A DNA stretch of 63,740 bases, counting the filler, from Lenisia limosa (taxonomy: Eukaryota; Protista; Breviatea), in assembly GCA_001655205.1 (NCBI GenBank). It is 13 parts of 13 records of this genome, joined end to end, with 100 filler letters (N's around TTAATTAATTAA, not from the genome) between each part and the next. Parts side by side here need not be neighbours in the genome. Positions count along the whole stretch, not along the records: positions 1 to 1,667 come from LPNZ01003189.1; positions 1,768 to 4,309 come from LPNZ01003994.1; positions 4,410 to 6,951 come from LPNZ01011087.1; positions 7,052 to 8,867 come from LPNZ01001670.1; positions 8,968 to 12,461 come from LPNZ01004009.1; 8 more parts are not named here. One strand, 5' to 3'. The translations under genes were made by a program, and so were the position numbers. Position 1 is the first letter of the stretch; each line of letters opens with the position of its first letter. Below are positions 1 to 9,207 of this stretch, piece after piece. The notes under the pieces are model-generated. The model saw nothing but the letters and a program-made list of their open reading frames with translations, made no database searches and was not told where the DNA came from.

Positions 1-55
1 CCTTCTCTCCGACTGAGAATGTCTGTCAAAGGCTGCAGGCAGTAAATGGTTTGCT

Positions 56-130
56 GGGCTTCACTTCGTTCCCAAAATTGACCGATTTTCGCAATATCGA
101 AATACCGTCGATAGTTGTCGATATTTGAAT
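56..130. mobile_element. MITE-like family 1 copy (partial)
   Basis: GGGCTTCACTTCGTTCC left end plus AATATCGA core. Confidence 0.5.
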
Positions 131-597
131 TTTTATACATAAATTACATTTTAATCCCCAGACATAAACGTTCTCATTTACCCCCTCCCCCCACACAGGA
201 GACGCCACACGTCTTTTGGCTTCAATGGTTGTCGATAAGGCCACTCACCTTCCGAAGCAAATGAGTGGGGCCCGGGATAAGACGAAATATTATGGGTGAC
301 CGACCGGTATAATTATTATAGGTATGATATGATATGATATGGTAATTATTATATCACATTAATAATGTATCATTTAATCAATCTTTTGAGAAAAAGACAA
401 TTCATGAAAGACAATCCTAATAATTGCCCATTTTTTGATTTTCTGATCATTTACGGGAAAAAAAAAAAAAANNNNNNNNNNNNNNNNNNNNNNNNNNNNN
501 NNNNNNNNNNNNNNNNNNNNNNNNNNNNNNNNNNNNNNNNNNNNNNNNNNNNNNNNNNNNNNNNNNNNNNNNNNNNNNNNNNNNNNNNNNNNNNCAC

Positions 598-678
598 TAG
601 GGCTTCAAAAAAAGAGCATAAATCCTCGAAAACTATCGATATTTTACTAAGACTTTTTCGAACTTAAGTGAAACCCTA
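598..678. mobile_element. MITE-like family 1 copy
   Basis: TAGGGCTTCA...GTGAAACCCTA with an internal ATCGATATTTT core. Confidence 0.7.
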
Positions 679-865
679 CTCTTCACCCCAACATACTCCA
701 TAATCCAACGTAGTTTATCTCTTTCACTTTTTTGATTCAACACAATATCCAATTTTCTCCTTCATCACATCACATTTAACTTCTGTTGATATGACATAAT
801 TCTGTGAGCCTCGTCCCTTCACCCTTAACAATCATAGTTTATATCAATGTAACCCATCATCTTAG

Positions 866-1652
866 TTTGTCTCCTCCACCTTTGTCGATATGAACGGCGA
901 GCGCGACATTCTCACACGCGTCGTTTTCCCGGAACTGCAGAAGCGGTACGGCTGGCTGGGGGGGGGGGTTAATGCTTCATTTCGAAAAAAAAAGACTGAA
1001 ATTATTGATATTTTACCGGTATTTTTCGAACCGAAGTGAAGCCTAGGGTGATTGAATTCCCCTGCTTTTGAATATGTATCCACTATGATTACCTGTATCA
1101 AACAGTTTTCCTTAATAGGTAGCATATGGTGGAAGCCGCGATAGCTCGATATTTTCCCGTGTGGAATCAAAAAAGTATACAACGATTTCAATTATTCCTA
1201 TTTCTTCAACCAACTGTTGTCTGACATCAACACAGCGCATTAGAGCGACATGTTCGAGTTGTGGAGGTTGATCTGAGATGGGGCGTCACGGGAGCGGAGG
1301 CTGAGCAAGGCTTGACCACCTCAATCTGCCTTACTGAAATTGACAGGTTTGCCTTAGCTAGTTTTTGAGCATTAATTGTGTTTGAATCATCTTGATTGGG
1401 TTTGTCGTGGCTCCAATATGTATGTTCTTCTTTACCGCTTTGCATTGATGCATCCAACATTCTTTGTTTTTGTTCTTTTTAACAGTTGTAGATGCCGGCC
1501 GTTCTTCATTGGACTCTGGGGTCAAAGGTGCGGTTTTTTTTTCTCTTTTTTTCACCTCCGCTTGTGCCCATATTATTGTACCTTTTCATTTGGCAGATAC
1601 GGCTGGATGCCAGATGTTTACGAGTTGCCTTCCGAAGAGCGTTTTGACTGGA
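866..1652 (+). CDS. DUF4062-domain protein (TEP1/NWD/STAND-type), internal fragment of 4 exons, truncated by a scaffold linker
   Basis: GT-AG exons 866-945, 1236-1346, 1492-1527 and 1597-1652 splice in frame to FVSSTFVDMNGERDILTRVVFPELQKRALERHVRVVEVDLRWGVTGAEAEQGLTTSICLTEIDRCRPFFIGLWGQRYGWMPDVYELP. This carries the SSTFxDM..ER, VDLRWG and CxxEIDRCxPFFIGxxGxRYG signature of DUF4062. Confidence 0.85.
974..1045. mobile_element. MITE-like family 1 copy in an intron of the DUF4062 gene
   Basis: GCTTCATTTCGAAAAAAAAAGACTGAA...TTCGAACCGAAGTGAAGCCTA. Confidence 0.7.
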
Positions 1653-1667
1653 GTAAGACTTATCCCC

Positions 1668-1767
1668 NNNNNNNNNNNNNNNNNNNNNNNNNNNNNNNNN
1701 NNNNNNNNNNNTTAATTAATTAANNNNNNNNNNNNNNNNNNNNNNNNNNNNNNNNNNNNNNNNNNNN
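1668..1767. other. Artificial scaffold linker N-TTAATTAATTAA-N, 100 nt (first of 12; the 12-mer starts near 1712, 4354, 6996, 8912, 12506, 26810, 27987, 30263, 44155, 47646, 56499, 58636)
   Basis: An identical 12-mer with stops in all six frames sits in the middle of near-fixed-length N runs, and genes are cut at these points. Confidence 0.95.
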
Positions 1768-1932
1768 CCCCCCCCCCCCCATCTGATTTCACTGATTTGG
1801 GGTGTTTATAATAAATAATAAATGAGACCACGCTGAGCCCATTACATCATCACACAAATCACACCTCTTCCTTATCACATTATAACCTAACAGTGGTAGC
1901 CAACGACTTGTCAACTACCGAGCGGACCCTAA

Positions 1933-3689
1933 ATGAAAGTTGATGACTATTTTCGTAACCTCAGGTTGTGACAGTTTTTGGGCCAACTGGGGTTGGTAAA
2001 TCTGATGTGGCAATTGAAATTGCCACAAAGGTAGTTCTCTTTTTTTTGCATCATATTCTAGTTTAATGGTGAAGTAATATCGGCTGATTCAATTCAACTT
2101 TATAAGGTGGTTCTTTCCTTTTATTTACTTTGAAGGGTCTTAGCATTGCAAGTAATGCAGTTTCCAAGGAGGAGGCAGAAGGCATTCCTCATCACCTTAT
2201 TGGTTGCTTGGAGCCATCCAATGTAGGTTTGAAAGTATCCCTTTCATTCCCTTAGGCACAAACTTTTAATGTTCGCTTATTTGTTGAAATGGCAAAACAA
2301 TTGGTTTTTTTTTCCCCTGAAATTTACTTAGATAATTGACATTACCGAAAGGGGTAAATTACCAGTTATTTGTGGAGGAACACTTTACTACATAATGTCC
2401 CTCCTATTCGGATCTTTTTCTCCAGAGACAATTCAAGGTTAGTATTCTACCAAATTGTAACATTTAGAAAAAGCAGTCAGTGTTTCAAAACAAGATTCTG
2501 AGACAGCATACGAGGTTGGGGCGGCTATCTTGCTCATTGCCCAGGCTCTCAAGAAAATTGATCCAGAAAGAGCTCAGACTGTTCACCCAAAAGATACTAG
2601 GAAGGTAATGAGAAGCTTAGAGGTTTGTTTTTTGTAATTGAAGATCAAGGTTGCCCAAATGTCAGGTCAAAAACATAGTGACGTTTTGGCGAATCAAAAG
2701 ATGAGCCTGTAAGCCAATATATCCCTTGATTTTTTATTTTCTTACACTCATGAAAAGGCAATTTTTAATAGTAACCATGTAGTATCAGTGTTTATTGCCC
2801 AATGGGTACTTGGTACATTCATGTTTTAGACAGTACGACAGCCTTTTCATTTGGGTCGACTGTGAATCTGAAGTTCTATTTCCGCGTTGTGACAAGAGAA
2901 TTGATGGAATGGTTGAAAAAGGAATCCTTGGTGAAGTCACTACACTGTATCAGAAACTCAAAGGCGAAAATGGGGATGTATCGCCTGAAATTGGTGTAAT
3001 GCAAGCAATTGGTAGGAAATATTAATAGTACCTCATCTCTCAGGGTTTAAGGAGTTTTTGCCTTATCTACAAGGAAGCAAAAATAGTGAAACCTTAATGA
3101 AATGTCTTGAAAATTTGAAAACGTTGGCAAAGTATTATCTTATCAATAGACACACGAAGCAATATGTCAGAAAACAACGCTCATGGATCAATAATAAGCT
3201 TCTATCCCAAGACAATGTCAAGTGCATCAAGGTATGTTTGATTGGTAGTGAAAGACTAGGTCATGACAAGTGACGTAGCCTCATGGGATAGAAATGTATC
3301 CGCTCATCTGGATACTTGTGTCAAAGGTTTGGTATTGAAACGAAGTTTAATTATCAGCCCACATCAAAGATGAACCCTTCCCTTCATCAGCAACCATAGT
3401 TCAACTGAAGAAAAACAAACAAGAGGTATCAATCACATATTGTCAGTATTATTAATAACACTAGCAAGAAGACTATCTTCACACTTGCGACAACTGTGGA
3501 GTAACAGTATTAGGTAGGTCTATGTTTACGATTAACTGTACAGGAACAAAGTCATGGCAACTACACTTATCAAGTCGGAGACATAAAAAAAGAAGACGGT
3601 CCCTCAACAAAGAGGGCAGAAAACACCAAAAGAAAAGGAGAAGTGAAGACAACCAGACTGAAGAGAACTATAAACCCATGTCATCATGA
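1933..3689 (+). CDS. TRIT1: tRNA dimethylallyltransferase (eukaryotic IPT/Mod5 type) with C-terminal zinc finger, about 14 exons
   Basis: Spliced product [46 protein letters not shown]...GIPHHLIG...LPVICGGTLYYI...GVMQAIGFKEFLPYL...HTKQYVRKQRSWI...CDNCGVTVLGTKSWQLHLSSRRHKKRR. It has a P-loop and a C-terminal zinc finger, and ends at TGA 3687-3689. Confidence 0.95.
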
Positions 3690-3864
3690 TATAAAGATAA
3701 CTTATATCTCTCAATGAAACCAGTGTTTGAAAGGAGTATTTATTGAAGAATTCTTATAGTTTTAATACATTTAATTTTCAATGAAGGAACAGAATCTACA
3801 ATGTGAGGAGACTTTAAACATATATGCCTTTCTAACCTGATAAATTTTGAAGAGTAACTGGCAC

Positions 3865-4056
3865 TTAGAGCTCAAGCTCAAAGATAAGCGGAGCATCGTT
3901 GGTCAGATGAGAGACCTTATATGGGTCAGGAGCAACAGTATTAGAGCTGGCTCTGCTGATGCGACTTCTTGAACGACTTCTTGAACGCGTGCGCTGACGC
4001 CTTACCCTAATTTGCTTCTTAGTGGAGGAAGTGGGACAGTTGATAGGCTTTGACAT
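3865..4056 (-). CDS. Small basic ORF (63 aa) with an RSRSRSR tract
   Basis: Single ORF MSKPINCPTSSTKKQIRVRRQRTRSRSRSRSRISRASSNTVAPDPYKVSHLTNDAPLIFELEL, convergent with the IPT gene. No homology recognised. Confidence 0.3.
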   Translation of the reverse strand: MSKPINCPTSSTKKQIRVRRQRTRSRSRSRSRISRASSNTVAPDPYKVSHLTNDAPLIFELEL

Positions 4057-4466
4057 TTTCAAAGTTCTTCAATAACTTCTAATATTGTGGTACCAAATGG
4101 CCTAAATTTGGCCTAAATGGGTTTCTCTTTAGTTTGATGTTTAGTAAAAGGGTGGGAAACGGAGAAAACACAGACAATAAAACTGGAGGCCCGGTGGCGT
4201 ACTTTCTACCCGCGCTTCATTTGTGCTGCCGCCAGCCTAGCTAGCAGTTATTAAATAAGCGCAATAATATAAGCAACAGTGCGTGCAACACATTCCCCCA
4301 CCCCCTCCANNNNNNNNNNNNNNNNNNNNNNNNNNNNNNNNNNNNNNNNNNNNTTAATTAATTAANNNNNNNNNNNNNNNNNNNNNNNNNNNNNNNNNNN
4401 NNNNNNNNNGGCAGTTTTTTACCCATATTATTCGTTGTCTTTGAACAAGATGAGGTTTGCCATATG

Positions 4467-4566
4467 TAGGGCTTCCCCACGGTCCAAAAAAGACCGTTAT
4501 AATATCGATATTTATCGAAGATTTATCGAGAGATTCGGTCTTTTTTGGGACCGTAGGTAAGCCCTA
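4467..4566. mobile_element. MITE-like family 1, best-preserved copy
   Basis: TA-GGGCTT..ACGGTCCAAAAAAGACCG ... CGGTCTTTTTTGGGACCGT..AAGCCC-TA, about 30-bp terminal inverted repeats with TA on both flanks. Confidence 0.8.
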
Positions 4567-4785
4567 GCAATAGCTCCTCTTGTTTCACCCTCTAATACCC
4601 CCCCCCCCCCNNNNNNNNNNNNNNNNNNNNNNNNNNNNNNNNNNNNNNNNNNNNNNNNNNNNNNNNNNNNNNNNNNNNNNNNNNNNNNNNNNNNNNNNNN
4701 NNNNNNNNNNNNNNNNNNNNNNNNNNNNNNNNNNNNNNNNNNNNNNNNNNNNNNNNNNNNNNNNNNNNNNNNNNNNNNNNNNNNC

Positions 4786-5380
4786 TGATGAAGGCCTAGA
4801 GCGATCTTTTGATCTTTGATTGAGGATCATTGTTTGATGCATCGTGTTTCTATTTACCCCCCTTGGACTGCCGGGTTTGTATACAGGATCATATATCGGA
4901 AATTTACCATAAATAGCTGTCACCACAACCATAACATTTAACCATAACATTTAACCTAAAAGCTGTGTGCACGTAGTTGTAGTTGTAAGGCAAATGATTG
5001 GGTGAATTCTTATTATATTACTATAATACATGTCTACATACATGACATCTCTAAGAAGTGATGTTTTGCCCTCGGTTTGGCCAGATACATTATTTGAACC
5101 ATAGTTTCTAGTTGTATTTTTACCGGAATGTGGACACCCCCCACGATGTATAGTGGCGGATGTCCCGAGATCAAAGTAAGATATATCCAAAAACTGGTGC
5201 AGTGTGCTACGAGTACTTGCTTTGTCGCTAGCGCCTCATCACACACATAATATAGTATATATATATATCATATTATCTATCGATATATCATATATATCGA
5301 TATATGTATACACAATGTATATATGCCTCAAATATACCTCCTCGTCGAGTGTATTATGGGGAGTGACTGGAGGAATGGAG
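4786..5380 (-). CDS. Putative exons of an unidentified gene (fragment)
   Basis: Strong polypyrimidine-CAG acceptor and GTATAT donor around 5338-5367, with open frames at 5040-5220 and 4786-4915. The frame join is not resolved. Confidence 0.2.
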
Positions 5381-5680
5381 GAAGAAATTTTGAAGAAATT
5401 AGAGTTGAAGAATGCTAGGTACAATATCGATATTTATCGAACTGTATCGGAGGCTCTTAATACAGCCCACTCTGAACAAACTCCTCGGATTCGCAACCTC
5501 TCCTGCGCCAAAAAAATGCTCAGTCAGTAGTACAGCAGTCCTATCGATCTAACTCACACAACGTGTGTATCCTCCCTCCAATCATCCTTCCAATAACAAA
5601 AAATCAAGCACCCCTCTTCTCCCTCTCCAGCAAGGAAGACAGTATCTAAACTAAATAAATACATTCCAACACCAACCACA

Positions 5681-6682
5681 ATGGGTTTTCAGTTCCAAAG
5701 AAGCCAAACACTCGTTGTGGGTGCTGGGGTAAAAGAGGAGTATAAAGACATGTTTATTCAAATATAACCCAAAGCAGTGGAGTAGCAAACTTGTTTAGGA
5801 GATTGTGAGATGAATAATACAAGGTTTTTATCCGACTCAAGCTGTTTTTATACTTATTATATGTGAAAAACGTATTTATTATATTGTTATTATACTATAT
5901 TCCAATATCTCTTATCAGCATGGTAGTGTGGATAGCTTTAGCCTGATACCACACTTGCTTTTATTTCTCATCTCTACGTATAAAATCCAGGCTACGAAGT
6001 CAAACACTTAGTGTTTTGAATGTATACGACTGACCTGGCTTTGTTTTTTTTATTATTATTTTTTGTTCTTAACCCTCTTGTGTTACATGTCAACCGAGTT
6101 GATTTTGGGCCTTTTTTGTCAAGTATATTTCCAATTTCACTCCACTAGTTGAGTGCAGTGCTTTGCATCCTTGCTGTGACCTCTGCATTCAGCATGAGTG
6201 CAACTAACACTCTCTCGGTATGCCAATAAGTATCATTTCGGGCCCCATGCAATCAATTTTTTGAAGAAATTGACAAAATTAGAAATCAAAGTGTCAGAAA
6301 TTGAGTTTATATTATATGTCACACTTCAATTTGTTTTTTCATTAATTGCACGGAGCCCTAGTATCATTTCCTGCAGATAGGGCTTCACCCCAGTCTGAAG
6401 ACTTCTTGAAAATATATATGATATGTATTTATCGAGAATTTATTAAGAAATTCAGTCGGACTGACGTCCTAGTCACAGATATCAGATAGATGCCTTACAT
6501 AGCCAACCTGTGTTAAAAAAAATGCTTTAAAAATGGTATTATTTAGTACCAATATATTGCCTTCAAGTCTCATTTCCAACAGGTTTCCACCCTAGTTACG
6601 GATAGTCTGACAACCACCAACTTGAACTCCCCCGTTGTTGATGATCTCTCCTCTCGACTTGACACTATGGAGCTTGAAGTTG
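5681..6682 (+). CDS. 5' part of an uncharacterised signal-anchor or secreted protein, cut by a scaffold linker
   Basis: Three exons splice in phase 0 to MGFQFQRSQTLVVGAGLSAVLCILAVTSAFSMSATNTLSVSTLVTDSLTTTNLNSPVVDDLSSRLDTMELEV, a hydrophobic N-terminal segment followed by a Ser/Thr-rich stalk. Confidence 0.55.
6240..6360. mobile_element. MITE-like family 3 copy
   Basis: GGGCCCCATGCAATCAATT...ATTAATTGCACGGAGCCCTA; the interior resembles 18736-18864. Confidence 0.7.
6378..6471. mobile_element. MITE-like family 1 copy (intronic)
   Basis: TAGGGCTTCACC...TTTATCGAGAATTTATTAAGAAATTCAGTC...GTCCTA. Confidence 0.65.
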
Positions 6683-6881
6683 GTATTGGGTAGGACTATG
6701 TGTGCAATTAATTGTTGTGAAGACATTATTCGACAAAATTTTAAATTAAAGCGTCTGAAATTGAGTTGGAGTAATGGGATGCGGTGCTGCAGAAGCGTCT
6801 GGCATTGGCTTTGTTTATTTGAGGGTTTTCAACCCTCGTGTCTTATTGCCTAGATAGTTGGTTTTGACCATTTTTGTCATA

Positions 6882-6951
6882 TACAGTGACAGGGATAAGT
6901 CTTGACCGATTTTCCTTGGGAAATCACATAGCCAATCGGTCAAGACTTATC
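6882..6951. mobile_element. MITE-like family 2 (TA-CAGTG terminus), hairpin
   Basis: TACAGTGACAGGGATAAGTCTTGACCGATT...AATCGGTCAAGACTTATC, an 18-bp perfect inverted repeat. Related pieces lie at 9755-9795, 9829-9860, 10455-10515 and 52491-52530. Confidence 0.65.
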
Positions 6952-7089
6952 NNNNNNNNNNNNNNNNNNNNNNNNNNNNNNNNNNNNNNNNNNNNTTAAT
7001 TAATTAANNNNNNNNNNNNNNNNNNNNNNNNNNNNNNNNNNNNNNNNNNNNGGGGGGGGGGGGGGGTAACACCTTCTTTATTAAGATTA

Positions 7090-8662
7090 TATGTATAGAG
7101 AAGGAGATACAAAACATCCACTAGCTGCCCACAGAGCAGCGATATTGAAATTGTCTTTAAAAGAAGATTGAATAACATAGGATAAGAACCAACCGAGCAG
7201 GCGAAGATGTCGGATATGAAGGCAACGGCATCAATGGCGATGTGGTTGACGGGCGGATTGTGCTGAGTCATGCCACATTGTTCACTGAAGGACTTCACTG
7301 CAATGTTAATTATAATCCTCCTAATCAAAGAATGGAACAACTGGCAAGGCAGAATACTCATACCCCCCTCCCCAACAAGCTAATTCGTGTTCTCCTGAAA
7401 CAGAAAGCCACAACGCTCGAACAGAACTCCAGTGAGACAAGGGAGACTTCATACAGAACAGGTCAAGAAGACTGGTTGTCATGTACTGTGGGGGGGGGGG
7501 GATGACCGATGAACANNNNNNNNNNNNNNNNNNNNNNNNNNNNNNNNNNNNNNNNNNNNNNNNNNNNNNNNNNNNNNNNNNNNNNNNNNNNNNNNNNNNN
7601 AAGTAGCAAAAAAATAAGATTAAATTGTGAGTATTGCAATCCTTCAAATTCGAAAATTTGAAAAAGACTACACCTGTATCCATAATACCACCCTACATCA
7701 AAATGCAGCTTGGAGCAGTAAGCCTGGAAGATGAGAAAACAGCAGAGGTTGGAATATACAGAAAATTAATAGCAGGTTGTTTGATGCCAAAGCCGTCTAT
7801 ACCATCATTATATGAGATATATGTAGCAATGAGAAATAAACAATAAGGTTGTATGGCCGAAGCCATTAGATAGTATTTTATATGTATCATATACGAATCC
7901 ATGAAAGCCGACCCTTGGAGAAATGCCGGAGAACGCGATGGTGTCCGCCCACGGGCCGAAGGANNNNNNNNNNNNNNNNNNNNNNNNNNNNNNNNNNNNN
8001 NNNNNNNNNNNNNNNNNNNNNNNNNNNNNNNNNNNNNNNNAAAGGAACTTGTCACAGACGCCCTGGTGGTGATGAGGGATGTTAAAACAAGGGAATCTAT
8101 TTTTGGTATTTGGGAACCCAACAATTCTAATACACGGATATATACCAAAAAACTAATCATTCTGGGGAAGTTTCGTATCAGGATATCTCATTTACATTTG
8201 ACATTTCCCTTAGCCAGAAGAGAAGATAGTATTAGTATTATATAGTGGAAGGAGGGGGTAATGAGGGGGAGACAGCCTACGGTACTGCCTTGGAAGAGTG
8301 TGATATACGACATGCCGAGAAGAGCCGAGAGGAGGGCAATGGGCAGCGGAGTCATTTCGGCTCGCTGAGGGGAGATACCGTGACCTGGTTCGGGGCTTGA
8401 AACCTGCGGGGGGGTCATTAAGCTGTATTTATGAGCGATAAAATCTAATATGGGGGCAATAAGAACAAAAGAAAGAGAAAAAAACAATCCGATAACCCCA
8501 TAATATGAGTGTGCATTTTTGTACATAGTGGGACGCACCCTATCAGGCATGGACGATGGCGAGTCACAGGCTCGCGTCAACGAAAAGAACGACATAAGAC
8601 CCTCGGGAAGCAGCTTGGAGGAACCGGGGTCAGCTGTCCAGCACCACTCGTCGACAAAGTGT
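7090..8662 (-). CDS. Uncharacterised multi-exon gene (internal fragment between two linkers)
   Basis: Phase-consistent GT-AG exons give HFVDEWCWTADPGSSKLLPE..SMPDR / VSSPEPGHG..ALLSALLGMSYITLFQGST / GVCDKFL(X)SFGPWADTIAFSGISPRVGFHGF / AYCSKLHFDVGWYYGY / ..RIIINIAVKSFSEQCGMTQHNPPVNHIAIDAVAFISDIFACS. The 77-nt N run inside one exon preserves the frame. Confidence 0.55.
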
Positions 8663-8757
8663 CTGCAGGGTGAGTTGTGGACTCACGCTTTGTCTCAAGT
8701 TTATCACCCATGTAAGTGGAGAAAAGAAATTCAAAAAAAAAGGGAGAGGATTAGCAC

Positions 8758-8867
8758 CAAGTCATAAACACAATCACAGAATACCAGCACAAGTCATAAA
8801 CACAATCACAGAATACCAGCACAAGCCATTAACACAATCACAGAGTACCAGCAGCAAGCCATTAACA
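8758..8867 (+). repeat. About 30-bp tandem repeat (3-4 units)
   Basis: CACAAGTCATAAACACAATCACAGAATACCAG repeated up to the linker. Confidence 0.85.
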
Positions 8868-9109
8868 NNNNNNNNNNNNNNNNNNNNNNNNNNNNNNNNN
8901 NNNNNNNNNNNTTAATTAATTAANNNNNNNNNNNNNNNNNNNNNNNNNNNNNNNNNNNNNNNNNNNNGTCCACACCATCACGCTTCTAAGAGATACTGGA
9001 TTATAGTAGATTAATATTAATTCACCCAATCATTTGCCTAACAACTCTGTGTACATAGTTAGCATACAAAAGACCCCACAATGAAAGATTCATAAAATCT
9101 CCTTACCCC

Positions 9110-9186
9110 TAAGGCTTCACTTCGGTTCGGGAAAATATAGATAGTTTTCGAGGTTTATCGAGAATTTCAACCGAAGTGAAGCCCTC
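9110..9186. mobile_element. MITE-like family 1 copy
   Basis: TAAGGCTTCACTTCGGTT...AACCGAAGTGAAGCCC. Confidence 0.75.
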
Positions 9187-9207
9187 TTTACCCCCCCCCC
9201 CTCTCAC

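Noticed and set aside
1-265. Upstream exons (TROVE/vWA) of the DUF4062 gene
   Set aside because: Candidate exons could not be joined in frame and no TROVE motif was recognisable.
1712-1723. Recurrent TTAATTAATTAA palindrome as a biological motif, and ORFs ending in LIN
   Set aside because: It is always centred in roughly 100-nt N runs. It is an artificial all-frame-stop linker, so synteny across it is not interpretable.
4185-4260. GC-rich stretch as a tRNA or other Pol III RNA
   Set aside because: No cloverleaf and no convincing A/B boxes. No tRNA or rRNA gene was recognised anywhere in the window.
7180-7360. Plus-strand reading IRTNRAGEDVGYEGNGINGDVVDG as a gene
   Set aside because: The minus strand has stronger splice signals and joins a longer phase-consistent exon chain.
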